A stretch of 64,000 nucleotides of DNA from Candidatus Effluviviaceae Genus V sp. (GCA_014728125.1 WJMD01000014.1:2202-66201), one strand, 5' to 3'; counted from the stretch's first letter, positions 8,176 through 17,841 are shown. Notes: a model not told the origin generated them from the letters alone. A program made the numbers and translations.

Positions 8176-10095
8176 CTAGGCCTTCTCCAGCAGAATGAGG
8201 CCGTTCTTCGGCGACAGCAGGCGGTCGTAGGCCGCCTTGAAGTCGGCGTACCGTTCGGGTGGAACCCGCTTCGAGAGGAACTCGATGCGCTTGGTCCAGA
8301 CGACCGAGCGCTCCTCCCGGTCCCACTCACACGCGAGTTCGAAGACGGCGTCGTCCGTCGCGACCTCGATCGGCTCGGGGATCCGGATCGGCTCGTAGCC
8401 CTCGGGAATCCGGGTCCTGAACTCGTAGATGCTCACGAGCTCGGCCGGAAGCATGAAGGAGAACTCCCGCTCCGCCAGCGACGGCTCGACGGCGACGCGC
8501 GCGAAGGCGAACGGGAACTCCGGGACGCGGAGGATCATCATGTCGCCCTGCGGCACTGCGAAATCGGGCGCGTCGATCGTCTGACGGACCCTGACCGGCT
8601 CGAGCAGGTTCTTGAGATCGGTCATGAAGTGCTCGACGTCGGTGGCTCCGGGACCGATGCTGCCGGTCGCCTCCTCGAAGAACTTCTGGACCTCGCTGTC
8701 GGTCGCGTCCTTGAGGGCGGCCCTGCACCTGCGGTCGAAGAACCCGGACACCTCGGCGTTCGCAACGAGCTCCGCCGCGCCGTCGTCGTCCAGCTCGGCG
8801 ACGATGCTGCGCTCGCTGGCGTTCTCGGACGGACTGAAGGGCGGTATCTCGACGAGCTCGCCGGAACCGTCATCCATGACGACGAGCCCCGTGTTGCCGC
8901 GACCCCAGTAGAGATAGCCGTAGTGCACGTTGTCGAGGAAGGGGTCGAGGAAGCGGTAGCCGTCGCTCGACCTGACAGCGACGAGGATACTGTCGAACTG
9001 CTCCAGCGTCGGCACGTCGTCGACGAATGTCACCGGGCCGTCGTTGACCAGCACCGGCCAGGCGTCGACGCCCGCCGCGCGCAGCATGCTGACCAGCAGC
9101 ACGGCCTTGTCACGGGTGTCGCCGTAGCGGTTCTCCATGACGAGCGACGCGTTGTTCGGCTCGTAGCCGCCGAGGCCGAGATCCAGATAGACGTTCCGGA
9201 CGTTCTCAGCAACCTCGAGGAAAACGTCACGGATGATCCCGTCGGTGTCGGCAGCCCCCTCGGTGATCTCCGCCGCGCGCGCCGCGACGTCACCGTCCGT
9301 CTCGACGTGCTTGTAGAAGACGTCGGCGAAGAAGGCCGACGGTCCCTGCCAGTCCTCGTACGAGGAGTAGACAGCGCGCGGGTAGAGCTCGGCCGTCGGG
9401 GGCATGTTCTCCTCGGGCACGAGCCCGGGCACGTCCCGTACGTGCCATGCCTGATCGTCGAAGTCGGCATCGGCATCCGCGAACCCGGCGTCGCCCTCAA
9501 CGACCGCCGTCGTCAGTGTCACGCCGTCCGGCAGCGTGAAGACGACCTCCTTGTCGAGGATCGGATCCTCTCCCCGGAAGTACTCGATCCCCGAGAAGCT
9601 GCCGTCGGGCGCGGGCTCCATGCGCGTCAGAAGCTGAAGCTCCATCGTCGAGCCCTTTCCGACGACCGGGAACGAGAACACCTTCTGGACGACGTTGGCG
9701 TAGATCGTCGCTCCCTCGAGGAACGCGGGCGTGACGTCGTTGATGGCGTCGGGCTCGATCTCGACCGTCCTGCCCGTCCGCCGGATGGTGACGCCCTTCA
9801 CAAGCTCGAGCTCCTCGCGGTCCGCGTTGTAGTAGAATGACTGGTTCGCGTAGTTCTCGCGGCCCTTGAGGGTCAGGGTCTTCGTCAGGACGTTTCTCCT
9901 TGTCGTGACGGCCCCCTCGGCGTCCACGTCGATCAACTTCTGGATCTTCAGGAACAGGGCCGAGGCGTCCGGGTACTCCTCGGCGTCCGGCGCGTTCTCC
10001 CGAAGCTCGGCCACGTCGACGTCCTGCCACTGGTCGCACCACGCGAGGGGAGCGGCCAGCGCGAGGATCAGAAGCACAGAGGCGAAGCGTCGCAT
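8176..10095 (-). CDS. Secreted DUF3857 + transglutaminase-like superfamily protein, catalytically degenerate paralog (Cys and His replaced)
   Basis: Signal peptide MRRFASVLLILALAAPLAWC. Core segment YGDTRDKAVLLVSMLRAAGVDAWPVLVN aligns to the active paralog's YGICRDKAVLMVAMLEQIGVPAWVTVIN, with Cys changed to Thr. The downstream His is lost (SILVAVRSSDGYRFLDPF versus FEHGIVAIEGENGEYVFIDPT). Its ATG directly abuts the TAG of the upstream gene (TAGATG). Confidence 0.7.
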   Translation of the reverse strand: MRRFASVLLILALAAPLAWCDQWQDVDVAELRENAPDAEEYPDASALFLKIQKLIDVDAEGAVTTRRNVLTKTLTLKGRENYANQSFYYNADREELELVKGVTIRRTGRTVEIEPDAINDVTPAFLEGATIYANVVQKVFSFPVVGKGSTMELQLLTRMEPAPDGSFSGIEYFRGEDPILDKEVVFTLPDGVTLTTAVVEGDAGFADADADFDDQAWHVRDVPGLVPEENMPPTAELYPRAVYSSYEDWQGPSAFFADVFYKHVETDGDVAARAAEITEGAADTDGIIRDVFLEVAENVRNVYLDLGLGGYEPNNASLVMENRYGDTRDKAVLLVSMLRAAGVDAWPVLVNDGPVTFVDDVPTLEQFDSILVAVRSSDGYRFLDPFLDNVHYGYLYWGRGNTGLVVMDDGSGELVEIPPFSPSENASERSIVAELDDDGAAELVANAEVSGFFDRRCRAALKDATDSEVQKFFEEATGSIGPGATDVEHFMTDLKNLLEPVRVRQTIDAPDFAVPQGDMMILRVPEFPFAFARVAVEPSLAEREFSFMLPAELVSIYEFRTRIPEGYEPIRIPEPIEVATDDAVFELACEWDREERSVVWTKRIEFLSKRVPPERYADFKAAYDRLLSPKNGLILLEKA

Positions 10096-12108
10096 CTAGC
10101 CCTCCTCTCTCTTGAGGATGATCTCGCCGCGGATCGACCGGTCCGCCATGCGGGCCGCGCGGCGCAGGTTCTTGTACTCCTCCGGCGATATCTGGAACGA
10201 GTCGACGCCGAACGACTTGGAGTAGCTGACAACACCCTCGCCTCCGGTCTCCGCGGGCGGCGAGTAGCCGTAGTCCAGGTCGAGCGACACGACACCCTGC
10301 TCGAACGTGACCGGGTCCGGCATGCTCTTGACGGTGAGTCCCTCGGGGATCGCGATTTCGGCCTCCTCGTTCAGGCCGATCGTGATGCCGAGGTGAACAG
10401 GGTGCTCCCTCTCGGGGAGCGACGTCAGTCTTCCGACCAGCAGCTGTGACATGAAGTCGAAGGCGCCGGTGGCCGACGGGACACGGAAGAGCACATATGG
10501 ATCGGCGTCGAGCAGATAGTCATCGACGGCGTAGCCGACGGTGATCGTCAGCGGCGTCGAGAGGTCCTCCGGGTCCGACGAGTCGAAGCTCGTCATCGTG
10601 GCGCCCGGATAGAGCGCCTGGACCGACTCCTCCCACATCATCTTCATCTGCTGAGGCGAGGTGGCCCTGGCGATCTGGCGGAGGATCTCCTCGTACATCC
10701 CGTTGCCCGTGACGGTCACCGTTCCGGAGATCGATCCGTCCTCGGAGAGCTCGGCCTTCTCTACGATCATTCCGGAGTTCCTGCTCGGCGGATAGTGCGG
10801 GGCCTTGAGGAGTTCCTCGCCGCCCTCCCTGAGGACCATGACCCAGCGGTCCCCGGGGTAGGTGGCGTAGACCTCGCGGCTGGTCTCCTGCGTCGGGTCG
10901 ATGAAGACGTACTCGCCGTTCTCGCCCTCGATCGCGACGATGCCGTGCTCGAACGACGTGTTCGGGACCTCGGGGTCGGTCTTCTTAGAAACGTTGATCA
11001 CCGTCACCCACGCGGGGACGCCGATCTGCTCGAGCATGGCCACCATGAGAACGGCCTTGTCGCGGCAGATGCCGTACTCCTTCTCGAGGGTGTACGCAGG
11101 CGTGTGCGGCTCGAGGAAGGCCCCGAAGTCCATCCCGATCCCCAGGTAGCGGACGTTCTCGAGAATCCAGTAGTGGATCGCGCGGATCTTCTGCTCCTTC
11201 GTCTCGAGGCCCTCCGTCAGGTCGGCGACCAGCTCGCGGACCTGATCGTCGGCGATGCACTTGTCGTCGTACATCCGCCAGAGTTTGTCGGAGAGCTCCT
11301 CCCACTCGTGGACGGTCGAGACGTTGACGCGCGTGGCGATCTGCGCCATCGGCGCCATACCGATCTCCCGCTCGATCTTCGGAACGTCCCGGGCTGTCCA
11401 TGTGTAGTACGTCCAGTCCCCGCCCTCGCCGCGGTCCGGGTCCTCGACGACAGACCGTTCCTCGAACTCGACCTCGACGTCGCCGACGACGGCGTGCTTC
11501 AGGGGCATGTCCGGCGGACCCTGGATCGTCACGCTCGACTCGAGGATCGGCTCGCTGAACTGGAGGTAGAACGTCTGTGCGAAGGCGTCCTCGATGAGCG
11601 GCTCGTAGTCGTCGTGCGTCAGGAGCTCGATGGCGTCGCCCGGCTCGAGGTTCGGGAAGACGATCGTCTTCTCCCGGAAATCGGTCTCGTAGATGTTCAT
11701 CGCAGAGAGCGAGGGAGGCGTGCCGTCCGTGACCAACTCGTCTCCGACGACGATCTCCGAACCGTCCGGCTTGATGACGCGCGCCATCAGGATCTCGTTG
11801 GTGCCGTAGCGCTGGTGGTAGACGGCCGAGTGGTCGGCGAAGTCGTCGACGCCCTCGTCTGTCAGGACTTTCGTGAGAGAGTGGCTGTACTGCTCGAACG
11901 CGCCCGTCTCGTCGAACTCGACCAGCGTACGGTCGAAGATGACCACCGCGTTCGCGTCCGGGTGCTCCTCGACGCCGCCGGCCTCGCCGATGATCCGCGC
12001 GGCCTCGTCGAGCTCGAGCGGCTCGGGGGCCGCGGCCGTCGGCACGGCGGGTGCCGTTGCGGCGACGAACACACTAAAGAGGAGTATTAGGTGTCTTCCC
12101 GCAGACAT
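10096..12108 (-). CDS. Secreted DUF3857 + transglutaminase-like cysteine-protease superfamily protein (Cys-His-Asp retained)
   Basis: Start is ATG at 12108 with AAGGAG RBS. Signal peptide MSAGRHLILLFSVFVAATAPAVPTAAAPE. Transglutaminase-like core GICRDKAVLMVAML...HGIVAIE...FIDPTQE. The long ORF-track extension to 13233 is a P/R-rich non-coding read-through and was rejected. Confidence 0.7.
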   Translation of the reverse strand: MSAGRHLILLFSVFVAATAPAVPTAAAPEPLELDEAARIIGEAGGVEEHPDANAVVIFDRTLVEFDETGAFEQYSHSLTKVLTDEGVDDFADHSAVYHQRYGTNEILMARVIKPDGSEIVVGDELVTDGTPPSLSAMNIYETDFREKTIVFPNLEPGDAIELLTHDDYEPLIEDAFAQTFYLQFSEPILESSVTIQGPPDMPLKHAVVGDVEVEFEERSVVEDPDRGEGGDWTYYTWTARDVPKIEREIGMAPMAQIATRVNVSTVHEWEELSDKLWRMYDDKCIADDQVRELVADLTEGLETKEQKIRAIHYWILENVRYLGIGMDFGAFLEPHTPAYTLEKEYGICRDKAVLMVAMLEQIGVPAWVTVINVSKKTDPEVPNTSFEHGIVAIEGENGEYVFIDPTQETSREVYATYPGDRWVMVLREGGEELLKAPHYPPSRNSGMIVEKAELSEDGSISGTVTVTGNGMYEEILRQIARATSPQQMKMMWEESVQALYPGATMTSFDSSDPEDLSTPLTITVGYAVDDYLLDADPYVLFRVPSATGAFDFMSQLLVGRLTSLPEREHPVHLGITIGLNEEAEIAIPEGLTVKSMPDPVTFEQGVVSLDLDYGYSPPAETGGEGVVSYSKSFGVDSFQISPEEYKNLRRAARMADRSIRGEIILKREEG

Positions 12109-12324
12109 GCAGGCTCCTTTCGGATTGAGTGGTGCGTCAGTTCCGCTTCTCGTTGTTACATCTGTACTTCGGGAAACGATTATGCATGGAGAAGGGTCGA
12201 AGGGCAAGTGGCTCAGGAGGAGGCGGCCGGGCAGCTTGGTGCGTCCGCCGACCTTGTGGTACCATCCGCAGGGACGCGCGGACCTCAGTCCGGGCGTCCG
12301 ACTCGATGCACAACGGGAGGCACG

Positions 12325-13716
12325 ATGAGAGAACAGAGGGCGTTGAGACCGATGATGCTGCGTCTCGTGTGGCTGACGGCGGCCGTTGTCGTTCTCGGCG
12401 GGTCGGCGGCCGCACAGGAGACCGCCCCGTACATGACGCCGACGGCTCCGCCTGAGAGCGGGTACGGTTACAACGTCCCGCTCCCTCGCTGGCTCGTCGA
12501 GTCGTCCCTGGAGCACCGTCGGGCCTTCATCGAGGGTGTTGCGGGCGAGGCGGTCACGCTCGCCGAGACGGACGAGGAGACGGGGATGGGCCTGGTTCTC
12601 GCGTCGGCCGGGGAGCTGGCGGGGGTGACCGAGCGCATCGAGTCGACGATCGCGCAGATCGGTGAGATCGACTCCGCGTTCGGGATCCGCGGCATCTCCA
12701 GACTGGTGACGGCCGAGGGCGCGGTCCGCGACACGTTGTTCGGCTTCGTCGTGTGGCACGAGTCCGCCGCGGGGGAGAGCCGGAAGATAGCGAGGGAGTT
12801 CGAGGACACCGTCGACCGCCTGCTGGCGCTCGGCCAGGCCGCCGACCGGATCGGCGGCGAGCTCTCGTCGAGCGCGCGCGCCGGCCGCCGCGCGCTGGAC
12901 AAGGGTGAGTACAGCTCGATCGCGGAGTCGGCGGTCACCATCAACCAGGCGACGGCGAACCTGGGAACCGTGGCGAACGAAGTGGTTGCGAAGGCGGACG
13001 AACTCGAGGAGATTGTGTGGGAGATTCGGGAGAGCGGCAGCACCCTTCTGGACGCCGAGTGGGACCAGGTCCTTCTGGCGACGAGCGAGGCCCGGCGGCT
13101 CGCGGCGCGGATAGTCCCGGCCCTCGAGGAGGCTCGGACATCGAGTCTCGCGTTCGGGGGCATGGCGACCGCGCTCCAGGAGATCCTCGGAACGCTGGAT
13201 ATGGTCGAGGACGCGCCTCGGCAGAACGGGCACTACGCCGTCCCGTGGAAGGTATTCCTTCGCGATCAGGAGGTCGTCGGCGATATGGTCCAGGGGATCC
13301 TCGAGATGGAGGGTCTCGATGAGATCGTCACGACCAGGGTGAGCGATCTGGCGAGACGTATCGTGATGGCCGACAGGCTGCTGGTCGAGTACGGCGTCTA
13401 CTACACGGGTAACTATGTCGCCGGCGTCAGGGACGATATCGAGGCGCGCTACAGGGAGGACGCCGGGTACAGCGACAACGACCCGCAGAGCGAACGGCTC
13501 GACGTGCTCGAGGAGGTCGACCGCCGGCTCAGGGAAGATCTGGAGCTTCAGACGGCGCTCTTCGCCGCGACCTCGATGCGGACCGCCTTCGCGTCAGGGC
13601 AGGCCGCCGAGGGCGGGGCGATCGGGTCCGAGAGGACCGCGCTCAGCCACTACAAGAACGCTTGGCTCCACGCGCTCAACGCGGGCGCGATGGTCGACCG
13701 GGCCGCCTCTGACTGA
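12325..13716 (+). CDS. Secreted alpha-helical/coiled-coil protein of unknown function
   Basis: ATG 12325 is preceded by GGGAGG. Signal peptide MREQRALRPMMLRLVWLTAAVVVLGGSAAAQ. The remainder is helical and E/R/A-rich. It is divergent from the transglutaminase-like operon. Confidence 0.5.
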   Translation: MREQRALRPMMLRLVWLTAAVVVLGGSAAAQETAPYMTPTAPPESGYGYNVPLPRWLVESSLEHRRAFIEGVAGEAVTLAETDEETGMGLVLASAGELAGVTERIESTIAQIGEIDSAFGIRGISRLVTAEGAVRDTLFGFVVWHESAAGESRKIAREFEDTVDRLLALGQAADRIGGELSSSARAGRRALDKGEYSSIAESAVTINQATANLGTVANEVVAKADELEEIVWEIRESGSTLLDAEWDQVLLATSEARRLAARIVPALEEARTSSLAFGGMATALQEILGTLDMVEDAPRQNGHYAVPWKVFLRDQEVVGDMVQGILEMEGLDEIVTTRVSDLARRIVMADRLLVEYGVYYTGNYVAGVRDDIEARYREDAGYSDNDPQSERLDVLEEVDRRLREDLELQTALFAATSMRTAFASGQAAEGGAIGSERTALSHYKNAWLHALNAGAMVDRAASD

Positions 13717-13740
13717 AACGCGCGACCATCCAGGGAGGCA

Positions 13741-14439
13741 ATGATCCGGGGCGTCTACTTCGACGCGGGCAACACGCTCATCTTTCCAGACTACGGGATC
13801 TACCGTGACGTGGCCGGCAGGCTCGGCGCTGCGATCGGCGTCGATGATGCCGTCGCGGCCGAGGCGCACGCGCGCTCGGCGTTCGATGAGGCGGTGGCTT
13901 CGTCGTCCGGGCGTGATGTAATGTCCTTCTGGGACATCTACTACACACCGTTCTACAGGCATCTCGGTCTGGCGGAGGAGAGCATCCCGGCCGCCATCGA
14001 GCTCACGCGCGACGCCAACGACGAAGGTCTCGGCATCTGGAAGGTGCCCGTCGAGGGGTACCGCGACACGATCGGGGCGCTGCGCGAGAGGGTCGATGTC
14101 ATCGGCATCGTCTCGAACTCTGACGGTCGTCTCGACGACAGGCTCAGGGGGATCGGCATCCGCGACGACTTCGACTTCGTCATCGACTCGGCGGTCGTCG
14201 GTACGAGCAAGCCCGACGTCGCGATCTTCCGGGCGGCCCTCGACCTGGGCGGGCTGTCGCCCGAGGAGGTGGTCTACGTCGGCGACTACTACGCGGTCGA
14301 CGTGGTCGGCGCGCGGGGCGCCGGCATCCGTCCCGTGCTCTTCGATCCTGTAGGGGCCTACGGTCCGGTGGACTGCGACATCATGACGACGTTCCCCGAG
14401 ATCGTCGGGCTCGTCGACGCCTGGAGGGAGGGCGCGTGA
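13741..14439 (+). CDS. HAD-superfamily hydrolase, subfamily IA
   Basis: Motif I at the N-terminus (VYFDAGNTL). Motif II IGIVSNSDG, then K in TSKPD, and motif IV YVGDYYAVDVVGARGAG. Confidence 0.75.
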   Translation: MIRGVYFDAGNTLIFPDYGIYRDVAGRLGAAIGVDDAVAAEAHARSAFDEAVASSSGRDVMSFWDIYYTPFYRHLGLAEESIPAAIELTRDANDEGLGIWKVPVEGYRDTIGALRERVDVIGIVSNSDGRLDDRLRGIGIRDDFDFVIDSAVVGTSKPDVAIFRAALDLGGLSPEEVVYVGDYYAVDVVGARGAGIRPVLFDPVGAYGPVDCDIMTTFPEIVGLVDAWREGA

Positions 14440-15185
14440 ACGTGCCGGAAGGAACGATGCGCTTCGCTCCATCCTGCCTGGCGGCGGGGCTCATGGGCGT
14501 CGGGCTCGACGAGATCCTGGCCTTGGCCAGTACGCAGACGGGGCTCGGCCTGTCGAGGCCCGTCGTCATCATCATTCAGATCGTCGTGCTCATGTTCGCC
14601 ATCATCGTGCACGAGGTCTCGCACGGGTATGCCGCTGAGCAGCTCGGCGATCCGACGGCCCGGAGAATGGGCCGGCTCACGCTCAATCCCATCCCGCACA
14701 TCGATCCGTTCGGCAGCATCCTCGTGCCCGGCATTCTCTTCCTCACGAGCCGTGTGACGGGCATGCCGCTCATCATCGGATGGGCGAAGCCGGTGCCGGT
14801 CGACATCCGGTACTTCAAGGACCCGCTCCGCGGGTTCGCCATCACCTCGGCGGCGGGCCCCGGGTCCAACTTCCTCCAGGTCATCGTCTACGCGCTCATC
14901 TTCCGCACGGCGGTGCATCTCGGCTGGCCGACGTGGGTCCAGTTCATCGGGATGCTGGGCGCGTGGTTCAACATGATCATCGCGTTCTTCAATCTCATCC
15001 CTGTGCCTCCGCTCGACGGTTCGCGCCTTGTCGCAGCCGTGCTTCCGCCCGACACGGCGGGTCGATACCTTGCCTTCGGGCGCTACGGCATGTTCGTGAT
15101 CATCGCCCTCGTCTTCTTCGGCCTTCTCGATCCCTACTTCTCGGCTATCCGACGGCTTCTGATCCTCGTTCTCGGCCTCTCATAA
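14436..15185 (+). CDS. Site-2 protease family (peptidase M50) membrane zinc metalloprotease
   Basis: HEVSHG (HExxH) sits in a TM helix. The product is multi-pass membrane. The GTG start overlaps the HAD stop (GTGA); GGAGGGAGGG upstream. Confidence 0.75.
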   Translation: MNVPEGTMRFAPSCLAAGLMGVGLDEILALASTQTGLGLSRPVVIIIQIVVLMFAIIVHEVSHGYAAEQLGDPTARRMGRLTLNPIPHIDPFGSILVPGILFLTSRVTGMPLIIGWAKPVPVDIRYFKDPLRGFAITSAAGPGSNFLQVIVYALIFRTAVHLGWPTWVQFIGMLGAWFNMIIAFFNLIPVPPLDGSRLVAAVLPPDTAGRYLAFGRYGMFVIIALVFFGLLDPYFSAIRRLLILVLGLS

Positions 15186-15285
15186 GGCGCGAATCCCGGG
15201 GCCCGTGTCGGCATCCCAAGATGTAGAACACAGAGGTGAGCACAATCGACTCGCGGGCTTCGTCTTGTTTACTGTGCGCGCATCC

Positions 15286-15300
15286 TGGCACGGGGCTCGC
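15286..15300 (+). promoter_or_regulatory. Candidate sigma54-type promoter (TGGCAC-N5-TCGC) upstream of the tusA-like operon
   Basis: TGGCACGGGGCTCGC at 15286-15300 has GG and GC dinucleotides at the correct 10-nt spacing. It lies about 28 nt upstream of the TusA-like start. No enhancer-binding protein is present in the window. Confidence 0.3.
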
Positions 15301-15327
15301 GGGTCTTCTATTTGGGGGAGGTGTTCC

Positions 15328-15573
15328 ATGTCCGAGCGACAGAACCCCGAGATCGCAGACACGCTCGACATGATCGGACAGTTCTGTCCCGAGCCCGTCA
15401 TCCGCACGAACGAGGCCGTCGAGGCGCTCGACCCTGGACAGGTGCTCGAGGTGCTCGCGGACGACCCGTCCTCGAGGTCGGACATCGAGAGCTGGGCCAG
15501 GAGGACGGGCAACGAACTGGTGTCGGTCGATGAGACCGAAGGGACATTCAGGTTCCTCATCCGTCGGAGGTAG
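15328..15573 (+). CDS. tusA: TusA-like sulfurtransferase (SirA/YedF/YeeD family)
   Basis: CPEP (CPxP) active-site motif in MIGQFCPEPVIRTNEAVEAL. The product is about 80 aa. GGGGGAGGTG RBS. Confidence 0.8.
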   Translation: MSERQNPEIADTLDMIGQFCPEPVIRTNEAVEALDPGQVLEVLADDPSSRSDIESWARRTGNELVSVDETEGTFRFLIRRR

Positions 15574-15575
15574 CC

Positions 15576-15944
15576 GTGGCAGACAGGAAGCGGATACTGT
15601 ACGTTCAGACCTCGGGCGTCGACACGCCAGAGAGGACCTACGCGCCTCTCGTCCTCGCTACGACCGCCGCATCGATGGGCATCGACGCGATCGTCTACTT
15701 CCTCGGGAAGGGCGTGACGGTCGTCAAGGCCGGAGAGGCTGAGCGGGTGCAGCTCGGGGGCTTTCCCAGGCTCTCCGACGTGCTCAGGCGGGCGGCCGAT
15801 GCTGGCGTGAAACTCCAGGCGTGCGACCAGAGCACCCAGATGCTCGGACTGTCGCGCGGCGACTACATCGGGCAGTGCGACGTCGTCGGCGCCGCCACAC
15901 TGAACGACCTCATGCTCGAGGCCGATGCCGTCATCAGCTTCTGA
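15576..15944 (+). CDS. DsrE/DsrF/TusD-like sulfur relay protein
   Basis: About 120-aa product with a DsrE-like fold signature and conserved Cys residues (LQACDQS, GQCDV). The GTG start immediately follows the tusA-like stop, with a GGAGG RBS. Confidence 0.6.
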   Translation: MADRKRILYVQTSGVDTPERTYAPLVLATTAASMGIDAIVYFLGKGVTVVKAGEAERVQLGGFPRLSDVLRRAADAGVKLQACDQSTQMLGLSRGDYIGQCDVVGAATLNDLMLEADAVISF

Positions 15945-15997
15945 CGGACGCGCGACATCTCTTGACGCGTTCTGTTGTCACAGCGAAGGGAGGATCC

Positions 15998-17230
15998 ATG
16001 CCGGAGGTTCCGGCAGCGCGAGGCTATCTGGACTACCAGTCGGGCGCGCCGGTCGACCCGCGCGTCGTCGAGGAGATGCTTCCCTACATGACGGAGCGGT
16101 TCGGAAACCCCGCCGTGCTCCATTCCGACGGCGACCCGGCCCGCGAGGCCGTCGAGACGGCCAGGGCGCGCGTCGCGTCCCTCATCGGCGGTGAGCCAAA
16201 GGAGATCGTCTTCACGTCGGGCGCCACCGAGGCATCCAATCTCGCCTTGAAGGGCGTCGCCCGGAGGATGGCCGACAAGGGCAGGCACATCGTCTCGTCG
16301 GTCATCGAGCACCGCTCGGTCATCACGCCGCTCAAGTATCTCGAGAAGCAGGGATTCGAGGTCACGTATCTCCCGGTCGACTCGGAGGCGACCGTCGATC
16401 CGGCGGCCGTGAAGGAGGCGCTCCGGGACGACACCATCCTCGTTTCCATCATGACGGCGAACGGGGAGGTCGGCACCATTCAGCCGGTCGGCGAGATCGC
16501 CACGCTCGTGAAGGACCGCGGCGTGTTGTTCCACACGGACATCGTCCAGGCCCAGGCCTGGGTCCCGGTCGACGTCTCGACGCTCCCGTTCGATCTCGTG
16601 ACCCTCTCATCGAACGACATCTACGGACCGAAGGGCGTCGGCGCCCTCTACGTCCGCAAGGGGACCCGGCTCGAGGCAGTCCTTCACGGCGGCGGGCAGG
16701 AGCGGGGGCTCCGGTCCGGCACCGAGAACGTCCCGGGTCTGGTCGGCTTCGGGAAGGCGGCCGAGCTCGCGGCCGACGAGATGGCGTCCGACGTCGAGCG
16801 CGTGAGATCGCTTCGCGACCGCCTCTTCGAGGGTATCCTCGGCTCCATCGAGGACGCGGAGGTCAACGGCTCGCGGCAGCGGCGGCTTCCGAACAACGTC
16901 AATATCCGGTTCAAGTACATCGAGGGCGAGAGCCTCATCCTGTCGCTCGACATGGAGGGCATCCGCGCCTCGACCGGGTCGGCCTGCTCCGTCAAGACGC
17001 TCGAGCCGTCGTACGTGCAGATCGCGATGGGGGTGCTCCACGAGGAGGCCCACGGGTCGCTTCAGTTAACGCTCGGCCGGTGGTCGACCGGCGAGGATGT
17101 CGACAGGACGCTTGAAACGCTCCCCGGCATCATCGAGCGGCTGAGGGCGATGTCGGCATGGAAGCCCGGCATGACCTACGATCGCGACGACTTCGGTCAC
17201 GACCACGATGGCGGGTCAGGCGAGGAATAG
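15998..17230 (+). CDS. iscS: Cysteine desulfurase (class V aminotransferase, IscS/NifS family)
   Basis: PLP-lysine region [15 protein letters not shown] and the active-site Cys loop [14 protein letters not shown] are present. GAAGGGAGG RBS before ATG 15998. Confidence 0.9.
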   Translation: MPEVPAARGYLDYQSGAPVDPRVVEEMLPYMTERFGNPAVLHSDGDPAREAVETARARVASLIGGEPKEIVFTSGATEASNLALKGVARRMADKGRHIVSSVIEHRSVITPLKYLEKQGFEVTYLPVDSEATVDPAAVKEALRDDTILVSIMTANGEVGTIQPVGEIATLVKDRGVLFHTDIVQAQAWVPVDVSTLPFDLVTLSSNDIYGPKGVGALYVRKGTRLEAVLHGGGQERGLRSGTENVPGLVGFGKAAELAADEMASDVERVRSLRDRLFEGILGSIEDAEVNGSRQRRLPNNVNIRFKYIEGESLILSLDMEGIRASTGSACSVKTLEPSYVQIAMGVLHEEAHGSLQLTLGRWSTGEDVDRTLETLPGIIERLRAMSAWKPGMTYDRDDFGHDHDGGSGEE

Positions 17231-17314
17231 CGTTACAGTGCTTGACGGGCGTTCAGACGCCCTGCTAGTCTGCCGGCGTGTGGAGTCGGCGTGGGCCCCT
17301 GCTGGAGGTGTGAG

Positions 17315-17734
17315 ATGGGCGAGTATGCGGAGAAGCCCCAGGTTCCGGAGTCGTCCCCGGCGCCGTCGGGCGGAGACCAGATCGTCAAGGACGTCTCGAG
17401 CCCGCTCTTCGAAGCGAAGGGCTGGATGAAGTTCCTTGGCGTCCTCATGATAATCTACGGCATCATCATGATCTTCACGGTCGTCGGCATCATCGTCTGC
17501 TGGCTTCCCATCTGGCTCGGCGTGCTGTTGTTCCAGTCGGCGAGCGCCGTCGAGGGAGCGCATCAGATGGGGGACAAGCGAGAGCTCCACAAGTCGCTCT
17601 CGAAGGTCAAGACGTACTTCACCATCCAGGGCATCCTGGCGCTCATCGGCATCGTCGTGGCGATCATCTCGATGATCGTCATGGGGACGGCCGGACTCAT
17701 GGGTGCGCTGTCCTCGATGGGGAGCGGGTACTAG
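17315..17734 (+). CDS. Small integral membrane protein (DUF5362-like)
   Basis: Two long hydrophobic helices. GGAGGTG RBS before ATG 17315. A candidate promoter CTTGACG...TAGTCT lies upstream at about 17247-17280. Confidence 0.45.
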   Translation: MGEYAEKPQVPESSPAPSGGDQIVKDVSSPLFEAKGWMKFLGVLMIIYGIIMIFTVVGIIVCWLPIWLGVLLFQSASAVEGAHQMGDKRELHKSLSKVKTYFTIQGILALIGIVVAIISMIVMGTAGLMGALSSMGSGY

Positions 17735-17786
17735 AGGAAGACGAGATCGCGCCGGCTTCTCCGGAGCTGAGGCGTGTGACGACAGG

Positions 17787-17825
17787 AGGCCCCGGGACGC
17801 GATTCCCGGGGCCTCTCTGCGTTTT
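17787..17825 (+). terminator. Intrinsic terminator (AGGCCCCGGG/CCCGGGGCCT stem + CTCTGCGTTTT)
   Basis: A perfect 10-bp GC stem with an 8-nt loop is followed by a T-run. It lies downstream of the membrane-protein gene and upstream of arsR. Confidence 0.6.
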
Positions 17826-17841
17826 GAGCGGGCGCCTGCCC

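Noticed and set aside
5123-8179. 1018-aa plus-strand ORF antisense to the receiver-kinase gene
   Set aside because: The product is Arg/Pro/Gly/Glu-rich junk with no motifs. The minus strand has recognisable REC, ATP-grasp and PEP-utilizer domains.
10096-13233. ORF-track 1045-aa version of the transglutaminase-like gene (start at 13233)
   Set aside because: The N-terminal 375 codons are P/R/G-rich non-protein-like sequence and overlap the divergent 12325-13716 gene. An internal ATG at 12108 has an AAGGAG RBS and a perfect signal peptide.
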